In this document: positions 52,485 to 64,000 of the stretch, piece after piece
Numbering within the stretch: position 1 is the first letter of the stretch
Layout: each line of letters opens with the position of its first letter
Origin: Eledone cirrhosa
Taxonomy: Eukaryota
Length of the DNA stretch: 64,000 bases
NCBI GenBank assembly: GCA_964016885.1
Contig: OZ024743.1
Coordinates: 297,848,001 to 297,912,000 of the forward strand
Direction of reading: 5' to 3'
Position numbers and translations under genes: made by a program
Notes under the pieces: model-generated
What the model was told of the DNA's origin: nothing
The model's input: only the letters and a program-made list of their open reading frames with translations
The model's database searches: none

Positions 52485-53961
52485 ACGTTTTTGCCATGAT
52501 ATTTAAGTTTAGTCAAGTATCTCTTATTTAATCTTCAATTCATTACACGCTTATTTCTTTTATTCATCATTATTTTTCCTATAAAAGGGCAATAATTTAT
52601 CTGTAAATATATTTTTCGTTCTGCGTGTTTTCCAATTTCTCCCAAACTAAGCGCTTGTTTTCTCTCGTCAATGATTACATCTAATTATTCTGAACCCATG
52701 TACGCAATAGATTCTTTAAGAAATATATTCAAAGATATTTTCACAGCTTGTTAGACATGATCTCACAAATATGAAGAAACAATAACGAAACTACAAGATT
52801 GAAGCTCTTTCTTGCTATGTTAAAAGTAAAATAGACAATTTGATTATCAAGAAACTGAACTGGAAAGTAGAGCAATACAGGAGTTCGAAAAGTGAAAATC
52901 AGAACATTTCAATCCGTTATTAGTCACATTCAGCGTTTAGCCAAATGTTCTCTTAATTTGATTTCAACACTATTTACACACTATCTTACACACTACCTTA
53001 CTATATCAGATTATCTCCTTCTTTAGTGATGTCCTCGTTTATTGACTAAATTGAGAAATGCTAAACTAATTCGTCCAATCTAAATTTACAGATATATATA
53101 TTGTGACGTCATAGGAAAGCATTTGAGTAGAGAGGTTTTACGAACGTAACATTCATTCTGAAAATGTTACCATTTATCAACACAAGTTAATTTTGTTAAT
53201 GGTAGTTTTACTGTAATACAATTGATGCCTGGAATAATATACTCACCATATTTTAAAGACGGCTCGGTTTGAAATATTTCTATTATCACGTCTTTTACGT
53301 GCATCTAAGGGAAATTCTGCCATTATGATTCCATCTAATTTTGGAAAATTTGCTCTTAAATTCGTTGGTGATTCAAATGAGTCTTTCTATAAGAACGCTG
53401 AAAATTTAGAAACGGGACAAGGTGGGCTAATAATTGTAGTTATATTTTATCGTTTATTAGGATGTTACGACATGAAAGCGACCCGTTTTACTTCGAAAAT
53501 TACAATAACGTTGCATTTTCAATTCTATTTATTTGATTTTAATCGAACTATCATTGTTTAATATTACAATTGGTCGATAGATCACAGTAGATTTCAATTA
53601 ACTTGTTTAGTTTTACGATAAATTTCTATTAGAATTGCAATAATAAGATTGTTTATTGTGATTTGTATGATTGTTTGTAGTGTATGCATGAATCTCTATC
53701 TCGTCTACGATATATGGTGAATGATAACATGTAGAAATAACAGCAGGATATATGTGAATGTTATTTGATTTAGATAGCAGTATTTATAGCAGAACTTGAA
53801 ATATCAGTTATATATATAAAGTAAACTCTCTATAGAATGTATATTGTTTAGATAATTGCCAAAATATATATACATAAATATCTAATATCCAAAATATGTA
53901 ATGAAAAGAAAAATGATTTTTGAAAGAATTATTATTCATCTACTTCAAAATATCGGTGTTT

Positions 53962-54034
53962 CGAGATTGTCAGGAAACGAATCTGGAATCTCCTGATCCG
54001 TAGTCAGGCGCCTTATCCATTGCACCAGAAGCAC
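53962..54034 (-). pseudogene. tRNA-Arg-ACG: tRNA-Arg(ACG) pseudogene, copy 25
   Basis: Array copy. Confidence 0.86.
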
Positions 54035-54487
54035 AGGTTACAAACTGACTGTCAATTTAAATTACTCTAGGTATGTTTTAGACAATACAATCGTTGAATG
54101 TCACTCTAATTCTTCCGTGTCGATGACAAACTTTTGTCCACAAGATTAGCTAACATTTGGATAATGAATTCAATTTCACTGGAAATCAGCTAAATTATAA
54201 TTGCATAGAAAGGTGTTACCATTCAATTTTCGTGACTCTGAAATTTTAATTCCAATACGTTCTCCCTTAAAACCAGTCTTAGGTTTCCTAAACATAACCA
54301 ATCTTAGTGATTATTTCCTCCTTAATTTAAAATAGTTGGTAAATATTGTTTCTCCCATACTATCATAGATGGAGAATGCTGAAATTCTTCTGTCACCAAA
54401 TTATCAACTTTCAAGCGATTATATTCATAAACGTTTATCTCAAATTACAGTTCTATATGTGAAGAATTCCACTTTCGCTTCCAACGT

Positions 54488-54569
54488 GACGAGGTGGCCG
54501 AGTGGTTAAGACGATGGACTGCTAATCCATTGGGATTTTCCCGCGTGAGTTCGAATCTCATCTTCGTCG
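54488..54569 (+). tRNA. tRNA-Ser-GCT: tRNA-Ser(GCT), copy 25, D-stem variant G24>A
   Basis: TTAAGACG (54511). Confidence 0.9.
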
Positions 54570-56046
54570 ACGTTTTTGCCATGATATTTAAGTTTAGTCA
54601 AGTATCTCTTATTTAATCTTCAATTCATTACACGCTTATTTCTTTTATTCATCATTATTTTTCCTTTAAAAGGGCAATAATTTATCTGTAAATATATTTT
54701 TCGTTCTGCGTGTTTTCCAATTTCTCCCAAACTAAGCGCTTGCTTTCTCTCGTCAATGACTACATCTAATTATTCTGAACACATGTACGTAATAGATTCT
54801 TTAAGAAATATATTCAAAGATATTTTCACAGCTTGTTAGACATGATCTCACAAATATGAAGAAACAATAACGAAACTACAAGATTGAAGCTCTTTCTTGC
54901 TATGTTAAAAGTAAAATAGACAATTTGATTATCAAGAAACTGAACTGGAAAGTAGAGCAATACAGGAGTTCGAAAAGTGAAAATCAGAACATTTCAATCC
55001 GTTATTAGTCACATTCAGCGTTTAGCCAAATGTTCTCTTAATTTGATTTCAACACTATTTACACACTATCTTACACACTACCTTACTATATCAGATTATC
55101 TCCTTCTTTAGTGATGTCCTCGTTTATTGACTAAATTGAGAAATGCTAAACTAATTCGTCCAATCTAAATTTACAGATATATATATTGTGACGTCATAGG
55201 AAAGCATTTGAGTAGAGAGGTTTTACGAACGTAACATTCATTCTGAAAATGTTACCATTTATCAACACAAGTTAATTTTGTTAATGGTAGTTTTACTGTA
55301 ATACAATTGATGCCTGGAATAATATACTCACCATATTTTAAAGACGGCTCGGTTTGAAATATTTCTATTATCACGTCTTTTACGTGCATCTACGGGAAAT
55401 TCTGCCATTATGATTCCATCTAATTTTGGAAAATTTGCTCTTAAATTCGTTGGCTATTCAAATGAGTCTTTCTATAAGAACGCTGAAAATTTAGAAACGG
55501 GACAAGGTGGGCTAATAATTGTAGTTATATTTTATCGTTTATTAGGATGTTACGACATGAAAGCGACCCGTTTTACTTCGAAAATTACAATAACGTTGCA
55601 TTTTCAATTCTATTTATTTGATTTTAATCGAACTATCATTGTTTAATATTACAATTGGTCGATAGATCACAGTAGATTTCAATTAACTTGTTTAGTTTTA
55701 CGATAAATTTCTATTAGAATTGCAATAATAAGATTGTTTATTGTGATTTGTATGATTGTTTGTAGTGTATGCATGAATCTCTATCTCGTCTACGATATAT
55801 GGTGAATGATAACATGTAGAAATAACAGCAGGATATATGTGAATGTTATTTGATTTAGATAGCAGTATTTATAGCAGAACTTGAAATATCAGTTATATAT
55901 ATAAAGTAAACTCTCTATAGAATGTATATTGTTTAGATAATTGCCAAAATATATATACATAAATATCTAATATCCAAAATATGTAATGAAAAGAAAAATG
56001 ATTTTTTAAAGAATTATTATTCATCTACTTCAAAATATCGGTGTTT

Positions 56047-56119
56047 CGAGATTGTCAGGAAACGAATCTGGAATCTCCTGATCCGTAGTCAGGCGCCTTA
56101 TCCATTGCACCAGAAGCAC
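56047..56119 (-). pseudogene. tRNA-Arg-ACG: tRNA-Arg(ACG) pseudogene, copy 26
   Basis: Array copy. Confidence 0.86.
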
Positions 56120-56572
56120 AGGTTACAAACTGACTGTCAATTTAAATTACTCTAGGTATGTTTTAGACAATACAATCGTTGAATGTCACTCTAATTCTTC
56201 CGTGTCGATGACAAACTTTTGTCCACAAGATTAGCTAACATTTGGATAATGAATTCAATTTCACTGGAAATCAGCTAAATTATAATTGCATAGAAGGGTG
56301 TTACCATTCAATTTTCGTGAGTCTGGAATTTTAATTCCAATACGTTCTCCCTTAAAACCAGTCTTAGGTTTCTTAAATATAACCAATCTTAGTGATTATT
56401 TCCTCCTTAATTTAAAATAGTTGGTAAATATTGTTTCTCCCATACTATCATAGATCGAGAATGCTGAAATTCTTCTATGACCAAATTATCAACTTTCAAG
56501 CGATTATATTCATAAACGTTTATCTCAAATTACAGTTCTATATGTGAAGAATTCCACTTTCGTTTCCAACTT

Positions 56573-56654
56573 GACGAGGTGGCCGAGTGGTTAAGTCGAT
56601 GGACTGCTAATCCATTGGGATTTTCCCGCGTGAGTTCGAATCTCATCTTCGTCG
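56573..56654 (+). tRNA. tRNA-Ser-GCT: tRNA-Ser(GCT), copy 26, D-stem variant G24>T
   Basis: TTAAGTCG (56596). Confidence 0.9.
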
Positions 56655-58132
56655 ACGTTTTTGCCATGATATTTAAGTTTAGTCAAGTATCTCTTATTTA
56701 ATCTTCAATTCATTACACGCTTATTTCTTTTATTCATCATTATTTTTCCTTTAAAAGGGCAATAATTTATCTGTAAATATATTTTTCGTTCTGCGTGTTT
56801 TCCAATTTCTCCCAAACTAAGCGCTTGTTTTCTCTCGTCAATGACTACATCTAATTATTCTGAACACATGTACGTAATAGATTCTTTAAGAAATATATTC
56901 AAAGATATTTTCACAGCTTGTTAGACATGATCTCACAAATATGAAGAAACAATAACGAAACTACAAGATTGAAGCTCTTTCTTGCTATGTTAAAAGTAAA
57001 ATAGACAATTTGATTATCAAGAAACTGAACTGGAAAGTAGAGCAATACAGGAGTTCGAAAAGTGAAAATCAGAACATTTCAATCCGTTATTAGTCACATT
57101 CAGCGTTTAGCCAAATGTTCTCTTAATTTGATTTCAACACTATTTACACACTATCTTACACACTACCTTACTATATCAGATTATCTCCTTCTTTAGTGAT
57201 GTCCTCGTTTATTGACTAAATTGAGAAATGCTAAACTAATTCGTCCAATCTAAATTTACAGATATATATATTGTGACGTCATAGGAAAGCATTTGAGTAG
57301 AGAGGTTTTACGAACGTAACATTCATTCTGAAAATGTTACCATTTATCAACACAAGTTAATTTTGTTAATGGTAGTTTTACTGTAATACAATTGATGCCT
57401 GGAATAATATACTCACCATATTTTAAAGACGGCTCGGTTTGAAATATTTCTATTATCACGTCTTTTACGTGCATCTAAGGGAAATTCTGCCATTATGATT
57501 CCATCTAATTTTGGAAAATTTGCTCTTAAATTCGTTGGCTATTTAAATGAGTCTTTCTATAAGAACGCTGAAAGTTTAGAAACGGGACAAGGTGGGCTAA
57601 TAATTGTAGTTATATTTTATCGTTTATTAGGATGTTACGACATGAAAGCGACCCGTTTTACTTCGAAAATTACAATAACGTTGCATTTTCAATTCTATTT
57701 ATTTGATTTTAATCGAACTATCATTGTTTAATATTACAATTTTGTCGATAGATCACAGTAGATTTCAATTAACTTGTTTAGTTTTACGATAAATTTCTAT
57801 TAGAATTGCAATAATAAGATTGTTTATTGTGATTTGTATGATTGTTTGTAGTGTATGCATGAATCTCTATCTCGTCTACGATATATGGTGAATGATAACA
57901 TGTAGAAATAACAGCAGGATATATGTGAATGTTATTTGATTTAGATAGCAGTATTTATAGCAGAACTTGAAATATCAGTTATATATATAAAGTAAACTCT
58001 CTATAGAATGTATATTGTTTAGATAATTGCCAAAATATATATACATAAATATCTAATATCCAAAATATGTAATGAAAAGAAAAATGATTTTTTAAAGAAT
58101 TATTATTCATCTACTTCAAAATATCGGTGTTT

Positions 58133-58205
58133 CGAGATTGTCAGGAAACGAATCTGGAATCTCCTGATCCGTAGTCAGGCGCCTTATCCATTGCACCAGA
58201 AGCAC
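58133..58205 (-). pseudogene. tRNA-Arg-ACG: tRNA-Arg(ACG) pseudogene, copy 27
   Basis: Array copy. Confidence 0.86.
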
Positions 58206-58658
58206 AGGTTACAAACTGACTGTCAATTTAAATTACTCTAGGTATGTTTTAGACAATACAATCGTTGAATGTCACTCTAATTCTTCCGTGTCGATGACAA
58301 ACTTTTGTCCACAAGATTAGCTAACATTTGGATAATGAATTCAATTTCACTGGAAATCAGGTAAATTATAATTGCATAAAAGGGTGTTACCATTCAATTT
58401 TCGTGAGTCTGGAATTTTAATTCCAATACGTTCTCCCTTAAAACCAGTCTTAGGTTTCCTAAACATAACCAATCTTAGTGATTATTTCCTCCTTAATTTA
58501 AAATAGTTGGTAAATATTGTTTCTCCCATACTATCATAGATGGAGAATGCTGAAATTCTTCTATCACCAAATTATCAACTTTCAAGCGATTATATTCATA
58601 AACGTTTATCTCAAATTACAGTTCTATATGTGAAGAATTCCACTTTCGTTTCCAACTT

Positions 58659-58740
58659 GACGAGGTGGCCGAGTGGTTAAGGCGATGGACTGCTAATCCA
58701 TTGGGATTTTCCCGCGTGAGTTCGAATCTCATCTTCGTCG
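58659..58740 (+). tRNA. tRNA-Ser-GCT: tRNA-Ser(GCT), copy 27
   Basis: Identical to copy 1. Confidence 0.97.
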
Positions 58741-60217
58741 ACGTTTTTGCCATGATATTTAAGTTTAGTCAAGTATCTCTTATTTAATCTTCAATTCATT
58801 ACACGCTTATTTCTTTTATTCATCATTATTTTTCCTATAAAAGGGCAATAATTTATCTGTAAATATATTTTTCGTTCTGCGTGTTTTCCAATTTCTCCCA
58901 AACTAAGCGCTTGTTTTCTCTCGTCAATGATTACATCTAATTATTCTGAACCCATGTACGCAATAGATTCTTTAAGAAATATATTCAAAGATATTTTCAC
59001 AGCTTGTTAGACATGATCTCACAAATATGAAGAAACAATAACGAAACTACAAGATTGAAGCTCTTTCTTGCTATGTTAAAAGTAAAATAGACAATTTGAT
59101 TATCAAGAAACTGAACTGGAAAGTAGAGCAATACAGGAGTTCGAAAAGTGAAAATCAGAACATTTCAATCCGTTATTAGTCACATTCAGCGTTTAGCCAA
59201 ATGTTCTCTTAATTTGATTTCAACACTATTTACACACTATCTTACACACTACCTTACTATATCAGATTATCTCCTTCTTTAGTGATGTCCTCGTTTATTG
59301 ACTAAATTGAGAAATGCTAAACTAATTCGTCCAATCTAAATTTACAGATATATATATTGTGACGTCATAGGAAAGCATTTGAGTAGAGAGGTTTTACGAA
59401 CGTAACATTCATTCTGAAAATGTTACCATTTATCAACACAAGTTAATTTTGTTAATGGTAGTTTTACTGTAATACAATTGATGCCTGGAATAATATACTC
59501 ACCATATTTTAAAGACGGCTCGGTTTGAAATATTTCTATTATCACGTCTTTTACGTGCATCTAAGGGAAATTCTGCCATTATGATTCCATCTAATTTTGG
59601 AAAATTTGCTCTTAAATTCGTTGGTGATTCAAATGAGTCTTTCTATAAGAACGCTGAAAATTTAGAAACGGGACAAGGTGGGCTAATAATTGTAGTTATA
59701 TTTTATCGTTTATTAGGATGTTACGACATGAAAGCGACCCGTTTTACTTCGAAAATTACAATAACGTTGCATTTTCAATTCTATTTATTTGATTTTAATC
59801 GAACTATCATTGTTTAATATTACAATTGGTCGATAGATCACAGTAGATTTCAATTAACTTGTTTAGTTTTACGATAAATTTCTATTAGAATTGCAATAAT
59901 AAGATTGTTTATTGTGATTTGTATGATTGTTTGTAGTGTATGCATGAATCTCTATCTCGTCTACGATATATGGTGAATGATAACATGTAGAAATAACAGC
60001 AGGATATATGTGAATGTTATTTGATTTAGATAGCAGTATTTATAGCAGAACTTGAAATATCAGTTATATATATAAAGTAAACTCTCTATAGAATGTATAT
60101 TGTTTAGATAATTGCCAAAATATATATACATAAATATCTAATATCCAAAATATGTAATGAAAAGAAAAATGATTTTTGAAAGAATTATTATTCATCTACT
60201 TCAAAATATCGGTGTTT

Positions 60218-60290
60218 CGAGATTGTCAGGAAACGAATCTGGAATCTCCTGATCCGTAGTCAGGCGCCTTATCCATTGCACCAGAAGCAC
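60218..60290 (-). pseudogene. tRNA-Arg-ACG: tRNA-Arg(ACG) pseudogene, copy 28
   Basis: Array copy. Confidence 0.86.
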
Positions 60291-60743
60291 AGGTTACAAA
60301 CTGACTGTCAATTTAAATTACTCTAGGTATGTTTTAGACAATACAATCGTTGAATGTCACTCTAATTCTTCCGTGTCGATGACAAACTTTTGTCCACAAG
60401 ATTAGCTAACATTTGGATAATGAATTCAATTTCACTGGAAATCAGCTAAATTATAATTGCATAGAAAGGTATTACCATTCAATTTTCGTGACTCTGAAAT
60501 TTTAATTCCAATACGTTCTCCCTTAAAACCAGTCTTAGGTTTCCTAAACATAACCAATCTTAGTGATTATTTCCTCCTTAATTTAAAATAGTTGGTAAAT
60601 ATTGTTTCTCCCATACTATCATAGATGGAGAATGCTGAAATTCTTCTGTCACCAAATTATCAACTTTCAAGCGATTATATTCATAAACGTTTATCTCATA
60701 TTACAGTTCTATATGTGAAGAATTCCACTTTCGCTTCCAACGT

Positions 60744-60825
60744 GACGAGGTGGCCGAGTGGTTAAGACGATGGACTGCTAATCCATTGGGATTTTCCCGC
60801 GTGAGTTCGAATCTCATCTTCGTCG
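60744..60825 (+). tRNA. tRNA-Ser-GCT: tRNA-Ser(GCT), copy 28, D-stem variant G24>A
   Basis: TTAAGACG (60767). Confidence 0.9.
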
Positions 60826-62302
60826 ACGTTTTTGCCATGATATTTAAGTTTAGTCAAGTATCTCTTATTTAATCTTCAATTCATTACACGCTTATTTCTT
60901 TTATTCATCATTATTTTTCCTTTAAAAGGGCAATAATTTATCTGTAAATATATTTTTCGTTCTGCGTGTTTTCCAATTTCTCCCAAACTAAGCGCTTGTT
61001 TTCTCTCGTCAATGACTACATCTAATTATTCTGAACACATGTACGTAATAGATTCTTTAAGAAATATATTCAAAGATATTTTCACAGCTTGTTAGACATG
61101 ATCTCACAAATATGAAGAAACAATAACGAAACTACAAGATTGAAGCTCTTTCTTGCTATGTTAAAAGTAAAATAGACAATTTGATTATCAAGAAACTGAA
61201 CTGGAAAGTAGAGCAATACAGGAGTTCGAAAAGTGAAAATCAGAACATTTCAATCCGTTATTAGTCACATTCAGCGTTTAGCCAAATGTTCTCTTAATTT
61301 GATTTCAACACTATTTACACACTATCTTACACACTACCTTACTATATCAGATTATCTCCTTCTTTAGTGATGTCCTCGTTTATTGACTAAATTGAGAAAT
61401 GCTAAACTAATTCGTCCAATCTAAATTTACAGATATATATATTGTGACGTCATAGGAAAGCATTTGTGTAGAGAGGTTTTACGAACGTAACATTCATTCT
61501 GAAAATGTTACCATTTATCAACACAAGTTAATTTTGTTAATGGTAGTTTTACTGTAATACAATTGATGCCTGGAATAATATACTCACCATATTTTAAAGA
61601 CGGCTCGGTTTGAAATATTTCTATTATCACGTCTTTTACGTGCATCTACGGGAAATTCTGCCATTATGATTCCATCTAATTTTGGAAAATTTGCTCTTAA
61701 ATTCGTTGGCTATTCAAATGAGTCTTTCTATAAGAACGCTGAAAATTTAGAAACGGGACAAGGTGGGCTAATAATTGTAGTTATATTTTATCGTTTATTA
61801 GGATGTTACGACATGAAAGCGACCCGTTTTACTTCGAAAATTACAATAACGTTGCATTTTCAATTCTATTTATTTGATTTTAATCGAACTATCATTGTTT
61901 AATATTACAATTGGTCGATAGATCACAGTAGATTTCAATTAACTTGTTTAGTTTTACGATAAATTTCTATTAGAATTGCAATAATAAGATTGTTTATTGT
62001 GATTTGTATGATTGTTTGTAGTGTATGCATGAATCTCTATCTCGTCTACGATATATGGTGAATGATAACATGTAGAAATAACAGCAGGATATATGTGAAT
62101 GTTATTTGATTTAGATAGCAGTATTTATAGCAGAACTTGAAATATCAGTTATATATATAAAGTAAACTCTCTATAGAATGTATATTGTTTAGATAATTGC
62201 CAAAATATATATACATAAATATCTAATATCCAAAATATGTAATGAAAAGAAAAATGATTTTTTAAAGAATTATTATTCATCTACTTCAAAATATCGGTGT
62301 TT

Positions 62303-62375
62303 CGAGATTGTCAGGAAACGAATCTGGAATCTCCTGATCCGTAGTCAGGCGCCTTATCCATTGCACCAGAAGCAC
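62303..62375 (-). pseudogene. tRNA-Arg-ACG: tRNA-Arg(ACG) pseudogene, copy 29
   Basis: Array copy. Confidence 0.86.
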
Positions 62376-62828
62376 AGGTTACAAACTGACTGTCAATTTA
62401 AATTACTCTAGGTATGTTTTAGACAATACAATCGTTGAATGTCACTCTAATTCTTCCGTGTCGATGAGAAACTTTTGTCCACAAGATTAGCTAACATTTG
62501 GATAATGAATTCAATTTCACTGGAAATCAGGTAAATTATAATTGCATAGAAGGGTGTTACCATTCAATTTTCGTGAGTCTGGAATTTTAATTCCAATACG
62601 TTCTCCCTTAAAACCAGTCTTAGGTTTCTTAAATATAACCAATCTTAGTGATTATTTCCTCCTTAATTTAAAATAGTTGGTAAATATTGTTTCTCCCATA
62701 CTATCATAGATGGAGAATGCTGAAATTCTTCTATCACCAAATTATCAACTTTCAAGCGATTATATTCATAAAAGTTTATCTCAAATTACAGTTCTATATG
62801 TGAAGAATTCCACTTTCGTTTCCAACTT

Positions 62829-62910
62829 GACGAGGTGGCCGAGTGGTTAAGGCGATGGACTGCTAATCCATTGGGATTTTCCCGCGTGAGTTCGAATCTC
62901 ATCTTCGTCG
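62829..62910 (+). tRNA. tRNA-Ser-GCT: tRNA-Ser(GCT), copy 29
   Basis: Identical to copy 1. Confidence 0.97.
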
Positions 62911-64000
62911 ACGTTTTTGCCATGATATTTAAGTTTAGTCAAGTATCTCTTATTTAATCTTCAATTCATTACACGCTTATTTCTTTTATTCATCATTATT
63001 TTTCCTTTAAAAGGGCAATAATTTATCTGTATATATATTTTTCGTTCTGCGTGTTTTCCAATTTCTCCCAAACTAAGCGCTTGTTTTCTCTCGTCAATGA
63101 CTACATCTAATTATTCTGAACACATGTACGTAATAGATTCTTTAAGAAATATATTCAAAGATATTTTCACAGCTTGTTAGACATGATCTCACAAATATGA
63201 AGAAACAATAACGAAACTACAAGATTGAAGCTCTTTCTTGCTATGTTAAAAGTAAAATAGACAATTTGATTATCAAGAAACTGAACTGGAAAGTAGAGCA
63301 ATACAGGAGTTCGAAAAGTGAAAATCAGAACATTTCAATCCGTTATTAGTCACATTCAGCGTTTAGCCAAATGTTCTCTTAATTTGATTTCAACACTATT
63401 TACACACTATCTTACACACTACCTTACTATATCAGATTATCTCCTTCTTTAGTGATGTCCTCGTTTATTTACTAAAGTGAGAAATGCTAAACTAATTTGT
63501 CCAATCTAAATTTACAGATATATATATTGTGACGTCATAGGAAAGCATTTGAGTAGAGAGGTTTTACGAACGTAACATTCATTCTGAAAATGTTACCATT
63601 TATCAACACAAGTTAATTTTGTTAATGGTAGTTTTACTGTAATACAATTGATGCCTGGAATAATATACTCACCATATTTTAAAGACGGCTCGGTTTGAAA
63701 TATTTCTATTATCACGTCTTTTACGTGCATCTAAGGGAAATTCTGCCATTATGATTCCATCTAATTTTGGAAAATTTGCTCTTAAATTCGTTGGCTATTC
63801 AAATGAGTCTTTCTATAAGAACGCTGAAAATTTAGAAACGGGACAAGGTGGGCTAATAATTGTAGTTATATTTTATCGTTTATTAGGATGTTACGACATG
63901 AAAGCGACCCGTTTTACTTCGAAAATTACAATAACGTTGCATTTTCAATTCTATTTATTTGATTTTAATCGAACTATCATTGTTTAATATTACAATTGGT

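Larger units (their letters stand above)
1..64000. repeat. Tandem tDNA macrosatellite: ~2,085-bp unit, 29 full units plus partial, each with tRNA-Ser(GCT) and a tRNA-Arg(ACG) pseudogene
   Basis: The same sequence recurs every 2,083-2,088 bp (e.g. ORF starts 19966, 22050, 24134 ... 63751). Longer spacings in the left 19 kb are explained by the insertions listed below. Confidence 0.99.

Noticed and set aside
1-64000. Array as a pure assembly artefact
   Set aside because: Units carry structured shared variants and TE insertions with TSDs, which indicates real evolutionary history. The exact copy number still needs read-depth validation.

Overview
The whole window is a eukaryotic, AT-rich tandem array (tDNA macrosatellite) of a ~2,085-bp unit, with 29 complete units plus a partial one, running off both ends. 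Each unit carries an 82-nt tRNA-Ser(GCT) on the + strand (intact in 19 of 29 copies by eye, single substitutions in 10). It also carries a degenerate 73-nt tRNA-Arg(ACG) on the - strand, head-to-head with the Ser gene about 450 bp away. There is no credible protein-coding gene; the recurring 78-aa ORF is a spacer artefact. The left ~19 kb is older and heterogeneous. It holds two copies of a ~0.95-kb non-autonomous Helitron at the same unit position, one full-length tRNA-derived SINE with a 12-bp TSD, and four copies of a 5'-truncated fragment of that SINE with a 16-bp TSD. The right ~45 kb is insertion-free and more homogeneous, with multi-unit block duplications. The SINE resembles octopus SINEs as I recall them, so an octopod cephalopod host is plausible but unverified. 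All comparisons were made by eye.
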